Source of the DNA: Camelus ferus | Lineage: Eukaryota | Length of the DNA: 64,000 bases | Direction: 5' to 3' | Assembly: GCF_009834535.1 (NCBI RefSeq) | Contig: NC_045696.1 | Coordinates: forward strand, 35,838,001 to 35,902,000 | Translations under genes and position numbers: made by a program | Shown here: positions 37,690 to 50,830 of the stretch, piece by piece | Numbering within the stretch: position 1 is the first letter of the stretch | Layout: every line of letters starts with the position of its first letter | Notes under the pieces: generated by a model | What the model saw: only the letters and a program-made list of their open reading frames with translations | Databases searched by the model: none | Told to the model about the DNA's origin: nothing

Positions 37690-40090
37690 TCTTTTTCCAG
37701 TTTTATTGAGATATAGTTGTCATATAACATTGTGTAAGTTTATGTTGTACAATGTCATGATTTGATACACTTGTATACTGCAAAGTGATTACCACCATAG
37801 GGGTAGTTAACAACTATACCACCTTACATAATTGCCTTTTCTTTTTGTGGTGAGAAAATTTAAGATCTACTCTCTTAGCAACTTTCAAGTATATAATAAT
37901 AATATATATAATTGTAATTACTTACAGTTATATATTTTATAATATAATACTATATAAAATATAGTGTTGTTATTATACTCACTATGTTGTATATTAGATA
38001 CCCAGAACTTATTCATCTTATAACTGGAAGTTTGTATCCCTTGACCAACAACTTCCCATTTCCCCATCCCATAGCTCCTGAAAACCACCATTCTATTCTG
38101 TTTCTGAGATTACCATTTTAGATTCCATTTATAAATGATATCATACAATATTTGTCTTTCACTGCATAACTTCATTCACTTAGCATAATGCCCTCAGGGT
38201 CCATCTACGCTGTCACAAATGGCAAGATTTACATCTTTCTCGTGGTTGAATAATACTCCATTGTCTATATTTACCACATCTTCTTCATCCATTCATATGT
38301 AGATAGACATTTAGTTGTTTCCCTATCTAGGCTATTGTGAATAATGTTGCAATGAATGTGGGAGTAAAGATAGTTAGAAAGTCTAATTTTATTTTACTTG
38401 GATATATACCCAGAAGTGAATTTCTGAATCATACGGTAGTTTTATTTTTAATTTTTTGAAGAGCCTCTACACTGTTTACGTAGCAGATGGTACCAATTTA
38501 CATTCCCACCAACAGTACACAGAGGTTTCTTTTTTCCACATCCTTGCTGAATTACCCCCTGTCTTTTTGATAATAGCCATTCTGACAGGTGTGAGGTGAT
38601 ACCTCATTGTGATTTTGATTTGCATTTCCCTGATGGTTAGTGATGCTGAACATCTTTTCCTGTACTTGTCACCTCTTTGTTTAAATTTATTCCCAAGTAT
38701 TTTATTGTTTTTGATGTTATTGTGAATAAAAATGTTTTATTTCTTTTTCAGATAATTTAATGTTACTGTATAAAAATGCAACTGATTTCTGTATGTTGAT
38801 TTTTGTACCCTGCAAACTAAATGAATTTGTTCATCAGTTCTTATAGTTTTTTTGGTGGTGTCTTTAAGATTTTCTAAATATTTCTAAATTTCTAAATGAT
38901 CATATCATGCACAGAGACAATTTTACATTTCCTTACTGATTTGGATGATTTTTGTTTCTTCTTCTTGCTTGATTGCTCTGACTAGAACTTCCAGTAGTAC
39001 ATTAAATAGACGTGGTGAAAGCAGGCACCCCTGATTTTAGAGAGTACACATCCAACCTTTAATTATTAAGTGTGATGTTAGTTGTGGGCTTTTTATTTAT
39101 GACCTTTATTATGTTATGTTCCTTCTATACGCATTTTGTTAAGTTCTTAAAATGAAAGGATTTGTATTTTGTCAAGTGCTTTTTCTCCAGTCAATGAGAT
39201 TATTATATATTTTAAATCTTTTATTCTATTAATGTGGTATATCATATTTATTGATTTGTGTATGTTTAACCATCCATGCATTACAAGGATAAATCCCTCT
39301 TGATCATGCTGTATGATTCTTTTAGCATGCTGTTAAATTTGGCTTCCTAATATTTTGTTGGGAATTTTTACATCTATTTTTATCAAGGATATTGGCTTGT
39401 AGTTTTCTTTTCTTGTATTGCCCTTACCTGGCTTTGGTACCAGCATAATGTTGGCCTCATAAATGAGTTTGAGAGTAATCCCTTCTCAATTTTTTGGAAG
39501 AGTTTAAGACTGACACCCATTCTTCTTTAAATGTTTGGTAGAATTCAGCAGGGAAACCATCTGGTCCTGAGCTTTTCTTTGCTGGGAATTTTTTAAATTA
39601 CTGATGCAATCTTCCTACTCATCATCGGTCTGTTCAGAACTTCTATTTCTTCAGGATTTAGTCTTGGTAGTTGTATGTTTCTCAGAATTTATCCATTTCT
39701 CCTAGGTTATCCTTTTTTTTTTTTTCCATATAATTCTTCATACTAATCTCTTATGACTGGGACTTCTCTGCTGGACTCCTGAACTTCCACAAAGGCTGTC
39801 ACATCCTGATTGTCTGGGACAGAGTTCTCCAGGGGCTCCCAGACTGTGGCTGAAAGGGGCTGCAGCTGTCACAGGTGACTGCTGGATACACAACTGGCAG
39901 TGAAGTCTGTAGACCAATTACCCCACCCACAAGTGGGTGAGCCTCCTCCCAGATCCCTTGGCATTTAGTTCTGGATCCCACAGCTCCCACAAAGGCACTT
40001 TTGTCTGTGGATGGATGCCAAACTGTTGTTGAAGGGAAGACACATGCAAGGGACATTTTACTTGGCCATCTTGATAATGCCATTCCTCCA
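37690..40090 (-). mobile_element. L1MA9-like element with internal deletions (3' UTR, two ORF2 pieces, 5' UTR)
   Basis: 3' end motif tttaagatctactctcttagcaactttcaagtata; antisense ORF2 to about 39750; then GC-richer 5'-UTR-like sequence ending ggccatcttgataatgccattcctcc. Confidence 0.88.
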
Positions 40091-40189
40091 AAATAATATT
40101 TTAAAATAATGCGTCTATTAATTTGAAAACTTAATATTTTCACTAAAAATGATTGGTAATCCTACAATTTTCCTAAACCTAGATTCAGC

Positions 40190-40350
40190 CAATATTATGT
40201 AAGTGCTTTTCTATATGATATTTAAGATGATTTTTACAATAATTATGTGAGGTGGATAGCAATGTCCAATTGTATAAAAAGAAAAAAAAAATGACTTTCA
40301 GAGAAGTTAGCCACTTGTCTAAAAGCACCTCTCTAAAGGTGGAAAAGTGA
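40190..40350 (-). mobile_element. MIR fragment
   Basis: taagtgcttttctatatg...tttacaataattatgtgaggtgg...cagagaagttagccacttgtctaa. Confidence 0.6.
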
Positions 40351-41280
40351 AGAAATCAAAAACACAAAGACAAGAAAATCAAGACTTTCTTCCCTATAAG
40401 GAAGGAAGAAATATATACACATTTTTAAAAAATCCCAAATAATGTGTTGACTTCATTTGGTATATCATGTGACTTTGATAATAATTTACTAAAAGTTTAA
40501 AACTTTCTTTTGCTGAATAGGTAAAGCATACCAAAGTGGTGAAACAAACTATAGAAAGCAAAAGTCAGCTCAGTCTATTCAAAAAATAATTAAAAGATTA
40601 ATAGAACATTCATCTCCCTCAGGTTGGCATGATTTCATCTCTGCTTTTTTCCTATTCTCATCCTGATGATCAATTGTGTTATGCACAGCAATCTGTCAAA
40701 ATGTGCTATATTAGCAAATGTGGGATGCTTTGCTCATCTTCCCCTCAGAGCCTATGCATTTTAATAGGACAAGTGAACTCAAGACAGTATTTGGAAGGAA
40801 GTAAATGCAGAGAGTAAGTCAAGATTATCTTGCTTTGATATTCTTTATTTTTTTTCCTATTGTTTAAAGAAGTGTTTGGTGATCATGCTTCGTTCAATCA
40901 GAAAGTATTAGTATCCTGTACGGAAACATATGTTATAGTTTTAAGCAAAACAGGAGAAAACATACATAATTTTTATTTTAAATTCCTATAATGACTCACA
41001 GCATTCTGTAATAAACAACTGACGTAAACTCCTTTTTAGTTAGAAAGAATCTTGCTCATTTGACATTTCTTCTGTCTATAGTTGAACTCTTTCAAGTTAA
41101 TTCCTTTCATACTAACAATTTATTTTACTTCTTCAAGGATTAGTAACTTTTGTCATTGAAATAATGGCACATACAAATTCCCAAAATGGCAATAATTTAT
41201 TAGACCTCCAAAAGAATAACATCAAAATATTTTCTAATCACTTAAAGTCTCTAAGATTATCTGCTAAGCTATTTTATCTC

Positions 41281-41705
41281 TTTAAAAACATTTATTGAGG
41301 CATAATTGACAAATAACATTATATTAGTTTTAGGTGTACAACATAATAATTTGATATTTTTATATATTGCAAAATGAGCACCACAGTAAGTCTAGTTATC
41401 ATCCATCACCTTACGTAGTTATAACAGAATTTTTTCTCTTCTAGTGAAGACTTTTAAGATCCACTCTCTTAGCAACTTTCAAATATGCAATATAGTCTAA
41501 CTATTGTCATCATGCTGTACATTATAGCCTCAAGACAATTATTTTATAACTAGAAATTTGTACCTTTTGAACCCCTTCAACCATTTCACACACTCCCAAC
41601 CCCCACCTTTGACAATCACCAATCTGTTCTCTCTATCTCTGAGCTTTATTTTGTATTGTTGTTGTTGTTTTTAATTCCACACGTGAGAATATGTGGTATT
41701 TCTAT
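41281..41705 (-). mobile_element. L1MA9-like 3' end
   Basis: tttattgaggcataattgac...gacttttaagatccactctcttagcaactttcaaatatgcaat; same family as the 37690 3' end. Confidence 0.85.
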
Positions 41706-41721
41706 TCGTTAACCTATTTAT

Positions 41722-42197
41722 AGCAGTTAGGCTGCATTCTGCTATGAGTAATGAAAGACCCAACTAAGTATAGCTTAAAAAAATAAGATTTATTCTTTTA
41801 TATAATAAGATTTATTAGTTCATATAACAAGAATTCTGTAGAAAGGATGGTTTCAGATTGACTAACTTAGAAACTCAATGTGTTTTCCTTCAGAGTCATA
41901 AAATGGCTACAGAAATTCTAGGCATCATCATTTTACTCAGCAACATACAAAGGAGTAAAAATTAGGAGAATCCCTAATTTCTGTTCTGTTCTAAGATTGA
42001 GAAAACTTTCTGGGAAATGCCTCAGCAGATGTCTCCTTACTTTGTATCCATCAGGTTTGCATCACATGCTAATACCCAAAGCAATCAATGTCAAGGGGAA
42101 TGAATCTTTTATGAGTGGCTTAGACTTTATTCACTGGTCAAATCAATGCCAATAAGTGAATAAAATCTGGTTTCTGTTATCAAAAAATAAGGGAGAT
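41722..42197 (-). mobile_element. Old MaLR LTR (MLT1J/K-like)
   Basis: cagttaggctgcattctgctatgagtaatgaaagaccc...cataaaatggctacag...cagcagatgtctccttac...aataaaatctggtttctgtta. Confidence 0.7.
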
Positions 42198-42490
42198 GAG
42201 AAAAAGACAAGTATCATATGATATCACTTATATGTGGAATCTAAAAAATGATACAAGTGAACTTATTTGCAAAACAAAAACAGACTTACAGACATAGAAA
42301 ACAAACTTATCGTTACACCAAAGGGGAAAGGGGGAAGGGATAAGTTAGGAGTTTGTGATTAACAGATATATACTACTATACATAAAATAGACAAACAACA
42401 AGGATCTACTGTGTAGCACAGGGAAATGTATTCAGTATCTTGGTAATAATCTATAATGGAAAAAGAATCTGGAAAAGAATATATGAATTT
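42198..42490 (+). mobile_element. Cetartiodactyl-type L1 3' fragment
   Basis: gagaaaaagacaagtatcatatgatatcacttatatgtggaatctaaaaaatgatacaagtgaacttatttgcaaaac...ctactgtgtagcacaggg. Confidence 0.9.
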
Positions 42491-43433
42491 ATTATTGTAA
42501 TGACTTTAATCCTCATGGGTTCTTTGGGCAGTATCCTCTCTTAAAATTGCATTTAAACTATTAATTTAAGAATAGTTAAAAATAAAGAGTAGATGTCTCA
42601 TTTGAAAAGGACCTGCCAAATTACTGATATGTGCCATAATACTTTAAGTCTGAACTTAATAGCACTACCCAGCCTTAGAAATAGCTGAATCAAGAGCGAG
42701 TCTTTGCAGGGCTGCACGTTATTAAGTGATACCTGTTAATAAACAAGCCGCTCCATCTGTTGTGCGGTGATGCATTCTCTCCAGACCTCACAGACTCAAC
42801 TTTCACATGTCAGTGTTCAAGTGTAAATCAGAAAGGGCCACCCAAATACTCTGGAAGCTGAAGAGCTGTTTAAACTAAATAAAGGTGCATTCAACATGAT
42901 AGTCTTGTGTGGATTACTTTTAATTTACTGCACTGTGGGGGCATTACCTCACTAGATAAAACTGCATTGTTCTAATGTCAGGTTGCATATTTTAATTCAG
43001 GTTTGTTTTTCTTTTCCCCTCAGGCTACATGTATTTTAATTTCATTTACACATGTGTTAAGTGACTTTAAAACTCTATTTTATTTACACCCTATTATGTA
43101 AATCCCTCTTCTCTACAAGAATGCCAATTGACTCTTGAATATCTATGGAGTTTGAGAACTAGAATACAATTTCCTTCCTCAACTTCTCACTTTTTCTGTA
43201 ACATAAATAAATCAAAATAATTTTCTAGGTGGAAACATTGAGTATTGTTTATAATAAAAATAAGTTAACCTTTATCCTCACCAGAAAAAGAGAAGAAATA
43301 TCTAGAGCTAAAAGGTCAAATTAGTATGGTGTCTATTTCCCTAAACAGATATCTGTTAGTCTATATAGCGTATCTTGTTATTCCCACTCAAGTACTTTTG
43401 TATATCTGTTGTGGCATGTTTCAAATATGAACA

Positions 43434-44040
43434 TGTTAGGCAGTTAGATAGAAACGAGCACCGGGCCAGGAGGAGAGAGAGGGGAAAGGAGTAACCCAGA
43501 AAATGTATGCCTGCACTCAGGACAAGGGGCTCCAAAAACTTTTGCTTTCTCTAAATAAGGGTCAGCAAAGAAGCTGGCTAGAATCGAACGCTGCGGCTGC
43601 ACAATAGAGAGAAGGACTGGGTTTAACTTGACCCAATGCTCATTACAATGTAATTAACATTGCAGTTTGAGCCCCGTCCTATAGGTTTCTCTGTGTGCAT
43701 TGTGGGTAAGAACATGCACAAAAGGAGTGGGTATTCCTGAGCACAAGAAAACTGAGCTGTCAATCAGCCTGAGCATTCAAAGAACCTGTGCCATGAATCA
43801 ATCAATCATGAAAACACCCCCTAAGCCAGGATACAAAAAACAGGAAAAACAAAGGAGCTGGGCCATTTTTCCTCTCTTGGACTGCCCTGTTCCCAATTCT
43901 CGGGAGTGTACAATAGTACTACCTTCTTACTTTACTAATAAAATCTTGTTTATATCAGGCTTTCTGTCTCTCATTAAAAATTCATTTTTGGGGGGTGACT
44001 AAGAACCGAGGTAATTCTTACTTCCCTCCTCCTGGTAACA
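43434..44040 (+). mobile_element. ERV1-class solo LTR (lineage-specific)
   Basis: TGTTA...TAACA inverted termini, 607 bp, AATAAA at 43937-43942, near-match 4-bp TSD aaca/aaga; no PBS or internal sequence follows. Confidence 0.85.
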
Positions 44041-44384
44041 AAGAGATTTCAAAATTTTTGTTTTTTTCATTAAGTATATATATCGAAGAGTTAAGTGTCA
44101 GGGCACTGGGCTAGGCTGTAGACATAGAGTCCCGAATAATAATCACTCCTTTTACTCATAGAGGAAATACATTACCTAGTTTGGACACAAACACACCAAT
44201 TAATTAAAAATTAGGCATACATTGATTTGTGAAAAGAAAAAAGCACATTCAGGAAAACTGAAATATATACATATATAAATTCTTTCTTACCGTTTTTTTC
44301 TCAGTATTTATCAGTGTTGATAAAATGAGAACTACCGGTGAAAGTTTTAGAGAACATGTTAGTGCATGAAGCACAAACACCTGA

Positions 44385-44663
44385 AACCCAGACTGGCTGG
44401 AACCAGAAGGCTGATGATTGAGATTCCTGGAACACCACCCTGTTACCACTCCACCAACCAATCAGAGGAGGGTCACACACCCTGCTGACTTTTCCCCAAA
44501 TTCTGCCTATAAAAACTCCTCCCTGAAAATGGTCAGGAAGTTCGAGTCTTTTGAACACAAACTGCCCCATTCTCCTTGCTTGGCCATTGCAATAAACCCT
44601 TCTCTGCTCCAAACTCCAACATTTCAGTTTGTTTGCCCTCACGTGAACTTGGATTCAACAACA
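44385..44663 (+). mobile_element. 3' part of a second ERV LTR
   Basis: CCAAT 44458-44462, TATAAAAA 44508-44515 and AATAAA 44591-44596 in canonical U3-R-U5 order, ending ...caacaaca. The 5' boundary is uncertain. Confidence 0.8.
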
Positions 44664-45894
44664 CTCCAATGTGTCTGGATTTTTTTCCCTTCATTTTGTT
44701 AGTCATAAAGTCCACCAAATACAGTAATTTGTATGAATACAAATCTATTTTCGAATTATAAGTGCTCTTCAGACAATCATTAATCTTATTAGTGTAAAAA
44801 GAATTAAGCTACATTGCTTTCTTATTATAACCTGAGATCAGCATCATCAAAAGTTGGAACGTATCAGTGATGGGAAAGGAGAGGCAGGTAATTCTGAAAT
44901 TGCATGAATTTTGCCAACAATGGTCAGGCCAGAGTTGTAGTCCTTCAGGGTGGCTGGGGCTTATGAGGTCTCTTGGAAAAGCAGACTGGAAAGGGGAAAA
45001 GGCTATCACTAGTGGAATCTAAACAAATGCCAGGAAAGGAAGAGGCTATTTTCTCCTCAAATCTCTTCTCTAGAGACACAGGAATAATAGGCAGATACTA
45101 TCAGCCAAATAATGGGTTAAAGCAGCTCTTTGTGAGCTTGCTTGGGAGACACTAACATTTAACCTAGTTTATACATAAAAATATGTTCTTAGTCCCAAAC
45201 AAGTGACTCACAAATGCACTTTTGGAATACAATCCATTCATAAATTGTGGTCTCCTCCTATAATTACATTCAGACAAAAATCCTCTGACTCATAAACAAA
45301 TTAAACAAATAATTTCCTTCCCAAACATCTGTTAGTATGAATTGCAGTCTTGTACACCAGCCACAAGATGCCTTATAATAACATGTGTGGTACAACCTTA
45401 GCATATGAACAACATGAAGTCATGAGTTCTTATGGACCTGGTTAGTCACGATTAACCATTTATTCATACCCTTTCCCCAAAGATTTTAGTCAGGACTTTT
45501 TTAGGGCAGTATATGGTATTTCATTTCTTTCTTGGACAATCTAGAGGAAACATTATTTTTGAAGATAATAAACTCTAGGACTATTACTAATAGCCTTATC
45601 TTTTCTTTTATTATCTCCCAAATTCCATTTATATTTTTATAGTTTAAATTAATTAAATCCATTTGACATGAATAGAAGTAGTGGCTTTTCTGCAGAGAAT
45701 AAATCCATTAATTATCGTCACAGATTTAGAAGGTAGTTGATTCCAGATAACACAGAAATAAAGTAGATAAAGGACATCATTAGACAGAATGTTTAACTAA
45801 GTTGGCTAATAAAGAGCCAGCCCTCCTCTAAAATTACTTGCCAGATCTAGTATCTTAAAGTGATAATGAGAAAAGCCAGGTCCTATATCATGTG

Positions 45895-46095
45895 ATAATA
45901 ACACTTCTTAATAGTTATTCAGGGCTTATAATACCCTGAATCCTGTTCTATAGCTATTTGGAAATATGATATCATTTAATAATAAAAACTTATAAGATAG
46001 GCATCAGATTTATGAGAGTCTTAAAATGAAGAAAATGAAGTAGAAAAAGATTAAGCATCTTGTTCAAGATTACACAGCTAAGTGGTAGAGTACAC
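45895..46095 (-). mobile_element. MIR
   Basis: aatagttattcagggctta...atcatttaat...aaatgaagaaaatgaag...ttaagcatcttgttcaagattacacagctaagtggtagag. Confidence 0.7.
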
Positions 46096-46797
46096 ATATG
46101 CCATTAAGTTAAGTAAAAGAAATATTTTGTATCATTGATTTTTAAAAACTTAGGTGCTACATCAAAGTATACATTAAGCAGTTTAGAAGCTTTTTGAGGA
46201 ATTTAAAATTTTGCTGTACTATCTTATGTCTAGGAGCTCCTAGCTCCAAAGGCCATATTGCAGAAATTATTTTTCTACTCTTACAGTTAAGAGAGCCTTT
46301 ATTCTTTTAAGTAAAAAATTATTTGGGTCTCTTCAATAAAATGTACTTTTGCAAACACTGTAAGAATTCTGTAGGAATTTAGGAAAAGAAAAAAGAGAAA
46401 GAAGGAAAGATGGAAGGCAGGGAAGAAGAAAGGTGTAGGGAGACCTAATGAAAGAGAATAATTCGAGTTGTTTCATAATAGACATGTTTCCTGCAATGCC
46501 ACATCCACTCAGGAAATTAAACCAACACAAATGCCTGCAGTATAATACATAGCAACGGTCACAAAAAGAATTTAAATAAAGTGAACAGCCAAAGGCAGTA
46601 AAAGTGCATGCAGATACCAGTCTAGGAAAAAAGGCCTTAAAAAATGAACATGTTTAGCTGGTTTAGACATGGTCATGACAAAGTACAAACTGCATTTAAT
46701 GCATAGAGCATTCCTTAGTTTATCTAACATAAACATTAAAACATACAGAGGAAAAGTAAAAAGTAAGATTTTCAAAAAGGTGTTTGGGTTCTCTACC

Positions 46798-47272
46798 GGT
46801 TATTAGTCATTGTTAATAAATTACCTCAAAAAGTATTGACATACAAACAGTTATTCCCTATGTCTCACGGAGAGTGGTATGGCCATGTGGGCGTGGCTGG
46901 GGAATTACTCTGCTGCTCAGGGCTGGTGTCACTCATCTAGCTGAAGTCATCTTGATATTTGACTTGGACAGGATTGTCCAAAATAGCCTCAAGCAAATGT
47001 CTGAGGGTTGGAGACAGCTGTTTAAATGATGGGGCAGTGTTCCAAGAGGGTAAAAGCAGAAGCTGCAAGGCTTCTTAAAGCCTAGCCTTAGAAGACATAC
47101 ATTGTCACTTCTGCTGCACTCTGTTGGACAACACAAATCACAAGGTCAACCCAGACACAAGAGTTGGGGGAAAAGACTCCACCTCTTGATGGGAGCAATT
47201 TCATATTGCCAAGAGGCCTAGAAACAGAGATGCATAATGTATGAAAGGCCATTATTGTATCAGTTCACAACA
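46798..47272 (-). mobile_element. MaLR LTR (MLT1F/G/H-like)
   Basis: ttccaagagggtaaaagcagaagctgcaaggcttcttaaagcctagcc...tgtcacttctgctgcactctgttgg...gactccacctcttgatgggag. Confidence 0.85.
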
Positions 47273-47676
47273 GGGCCATTAAGTGTTTTGGCTTCTTACT
47301 GAATTTTTCCATCAGCATACAAACATGCTGCTAAATTCTTCCAACTTTCAAAAGAAAAATACTTTTTCTTGACCCCACTTCCCTCTCAGATAGTTCATCA
47401 TTTCTTTCATTTTCCTTCGTAACACACTATCTTCAAAGAGCAGTCTGTTCCCACAGTCTGATTTCTCTCCTCCCATCATTCACTGTTAAACCCAATCCAG
47501 TCAGGCTTTAGTCCTCACCACTCTATTCTTGTCAAATTAATCAATAAGCTCCACGTTGTTAAGTCCAGTCATCAGCCCTTAGCCCTCTTCTTCCACCTAT
47601 CATCAGCATTTTACATCATTCAACACTCCCTCCTTCCTGCTCCTCACTTGCTTCCTAGGACCCCGCACTGGCGCAC

Positions 47677-48120
47677 TGTTCTGATATCCTGGTGCAGGGA
47701 GCACAGCTGGAGGACTGTCCGCCCCAGTGCTCTCGGATCCACCCTTGTGATTGGGTGTTGAATCTGTGCTTCTGACTGGCTGCTACCAGCCAGGGCTGAG
47801 CACAGCATCAGCACCAACACATGATCCTGAGAGATACAGAATTCCTCAAATAGGGGCTTCGGCTTTCAACTCACAGTCGCCTGGCTGAAATGTCCTTAGA
47901 ACTGCATTGCAGTCTAAGACTCATTCTCCTCAATCCTATCTCCTCTCCTTCTTTTTCCACGGTGCTCAGATCTCCATAAAGATCAGAAAGTTCTCTTTAC
48001 TCCCTTTGGCTCCCTCCCATTTTTCCTTTTTTGGAGGAAAAAAAAATTTCCCTCCAAACAAATCTCTTATACATCTAACTTTAGTTGGTATCTGCTTCTC
48101 TTTGGACTCGAATTAACACA
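47677..48120 (+). mobile_element. ERVL-class LTR nested in L2
   Basis: ccttagaactgcattgcagtctaagactc and terminal aatctcttatacatctaac...ggtatctgcttctctttggactcgaattaacaca; subfamily not assigned. Confidence 0.7.
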
Positions 48121-49256
48121 CACTTCATTGGTTTTTCCCCTACCTCATGGGTTTCTCCTTCTTAGCATATTTTGATGACTTCTCCTTTTTTGTACTACAT
48201 TCTGAATGTTGAGTGACCCCAAAGCCAGTTGTTGATCCTATACTCTTCACAATCTATACTTCTTCCCTAAGTGATCTCATTCAGAACCATGACTTTAAAC
48301 CTAAAGTCTAAACCTAAATCTCTAAACCAATAACTATTCTATATGTATATACATATATATAAGTATATATATCTCCAGTAGAGAACCGTCATACAAGCTC
48401 TACACTGATATATCCATTACCTGCCTACCTGAGATTTCACTCTTATATATCCAATGGTAAGTTCTGACCAACATCCTTCCTGAAACAAACAAAAAAATAA
48501 AAACAGCTATTCACATACTCTTCACAACCTCAGTTCAGCACTCAGACCAAAGAATTGAAGTTATTCTCTCTGTTTTCTTTCTCTCTCACAGCCCCTATCC
48601 AAATCACTACTAAATTCCATTGGGTCTACCTTCAAAAAATTTTATTCTCACAAAGTTTCACTTCTCCAATGGTGCCATCCTAGACTGAGGTACTGTTACG
48701 TTGTATTTAGATTCTAGCTTGTCTTCTCAGTTCTAGAATTGCTTAACTACAGTCTGTTCTCATTACATACAGTAGCAATAAGTGAGTATTTTAAAACCAA
48801 AGCCAGATCATGCCACTCCTCAAAACCCTGCATTGGCTTCCCATTTCATTCAGAGTAAAATACAAAGTCCTTGGAACAGTCTTCCAGTCTCTACACAATC
48901 CAGGACACTGTTACCTCTTCCACATCTCTCACACTCGCTTTTAATACTCCAGCTTTACTGACATTGCTATTTCCAGAACATACCAAACCTCCTCTATTTT
49001 AAAGTTTTTGGATCCACCATTACCCTGTCTGGAATAATCTCCAATTATCCATAGGAATACTCAATTATCTGTGTGGCTAACTCTCTTCAAGACTTTGTTC
49101 CAATCCCTCTTCTCAAAAATATTAACCTGATCACCATATTTAATACAAAAATCTGCACCTATGTCCAATAACTATTCATCGACAGGACAGTTCTCATTCC
49201 TTTTAATATGCTCAACTTTGAAATGTTTTCGTAGGCCTGATCACCTTCACACATAT

Positions 49257-49912
49257 TGCTGCCGGTGGATCTAACTGGTGTTCCAGGGTCTTGTCCTGTC
49301 CCAGAAAGAATTCAGAGACAAGACGTAGAGGTTAAAAAAAGTAAAGTGAGGATTTATTAAAGGGTGGAGAGTTACACTCTCAAGGGGAGAGCGGGCAGGC
49401 TCAGGTGAGCGGCTGCCCTGTGTTTCTTTGACTAGTTACATAGGGTGTAAAAATGAACGGGCAGAATATTCATTGGGGAGGGAGGGGTTTGGGGTCATAT
49501 TCCCTGATTATCATCCCAACTCCACCCTCCCAAAAGGAGGAGGGATTTTTGTCCTTATTTAGTCTGGATCAGGAGTATCATGGCGTTGGTACATGATGGG
49601 TACTTCTAATCTGCAAGGCTAATTTTATTGAAATGAGGACATAATGAGCAAAAGGTTACATTCAGACACTGGAGATTCCTGTCTTTTCTCACCTTTCTTT
49701 GTTCATCTCCAGGCCACTCCTCACCCCAAAAGGTGTGATCCCTTATCAGCCCAAAGGTTCCTGCTTTTCTTTCTCTGCCCAGGGACCCCTGGTGCTTATA
49801 TGATGTATATTTTCCTACATTTGGCTTGTGCCCCTCCTTTCTGCCCAATTCCTGCCATTTGGTCTGTGTCCCCCTTTCTCTGCTCATATCTAGCTATCTG
49901 CCTGCTCTAACA
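49257..49912 (-). mobile_element. ERV1-class solo LTR (lineage-specific) nested in L2
   Basis: TG...CA termini, 656 bp; minus strand starts TGTTAGAGCAGGCAGATAGC; minus-strand AATAAA (tttatt 49353-49358); near-match TSD atat/atac. Confidence 0.88.
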
Positions 49913-50149
49913 ATACTGCATATAACATAATTTATGATTTTATTATCTTTTATTATCTGTCTCCCTTCTCCAAGAACGTAAGTTCTCTGCATAGAAATTT
50001 TATCAATTTTGTTCACTGATGTGTCCCAAGCACATGAACATTGCATAGCATGCAGCAGTTTAATAAACATTTAATAATTCATGAATATTCATCATATGAA
50101 TAATATACTGTTATATATGGCAGTTTATTATTGTTAAAATGAAAGTTTC

Positions 50150-50490
50150 AAGGAGTCTTTGTCAAAGATAACTTTCTCAGCCCAATACTGTATCTTCCTC
50201 TAATAAGCATGTTTAGTCAAATGCCAATGCTTACATTATGCAACACTGACTTATTAGAGTCCAACACAAATTACTACTTTAAGTCTCTCAGTAATGCCAG
50301 AACTTTAGAATTCTTTAACTTCATTTACATTCACCCTGCTTTTTAAATTGTTTTTGTAATGTTTTAGCTCAACTACATTTTACCACCCACAATATATTAC
50401 TATTCAATATTTACTCAATATTCAGTCAATTTTTACTTAAATATTTAGCAACATATTTATCCTTTCAATACTCTTTATTCTTTCTTGGTA
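50150..50490 (-). mobile_element. Old L1M internal fragment
   Basis: AT-rich antisense L1 spacer/ORF-like text (ttagctcaactacattttaccacccacaatatattactatt). Confidence 0.45.
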
Positions 50491-50494
50491 TAGT

Positions 50495-50830
50495 CATATG
50501 ATTGAATATAATGTAGCAATGAGAATGAACAGAATATAGGTACTCCCAACAACTTGAATAAATCTCACAAATGTAATGTTGACCATAAGAAACCTAACAC
50601 AAAAGAGAATCTACTGGGTTTGCATTTTTGTAAAGTTAAAAAGCAAGCTAAAGTAAGCTATGGTGTTACAAGTCAGGTGGTGGTTGCCCTAGGCACAGTG
50701 GGAATATTGTTACTGAAATAGAACACAGGGGACTTCTGGGTACCTAGCTGGGTTCATTTTTTAAAATTTATGACTTTTACCACCTTTCTGTAAGCATACT
50801 CCAATGAAAAGTTCATATTAAAACAAAGCA
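50495..50830 (+). mobile_element. L1ME-type 3' end
   Basis: agcaatgagaatgaac...aacaacttgaataaatctcacaaatgtaatgttga...ggtgttacaagtcaggtggtggttgccct. Confidence 0.75.

Larger units (their letters stand above)
47300..50095 (+). mobile_element. Long L2 LINE remnant interrupted by two LTRs
   Basis: L2 motifs cccaatccagtcaggcttt, ccctaagtgatctcattcag, agccagatcatgccactcctc, and 3' end ttttgttcactgatgtgtcccaagcac...taataaacatt. Confidence 0.85.

Noticed and set aside
43434..49912. Full provirus between the two related LTRs
   Set aside because: The LTRs are in opposite orientation and diverged, each has its own TSD, and the interval contains MIR, MLT1 and L2 rather than gag/pol/env.
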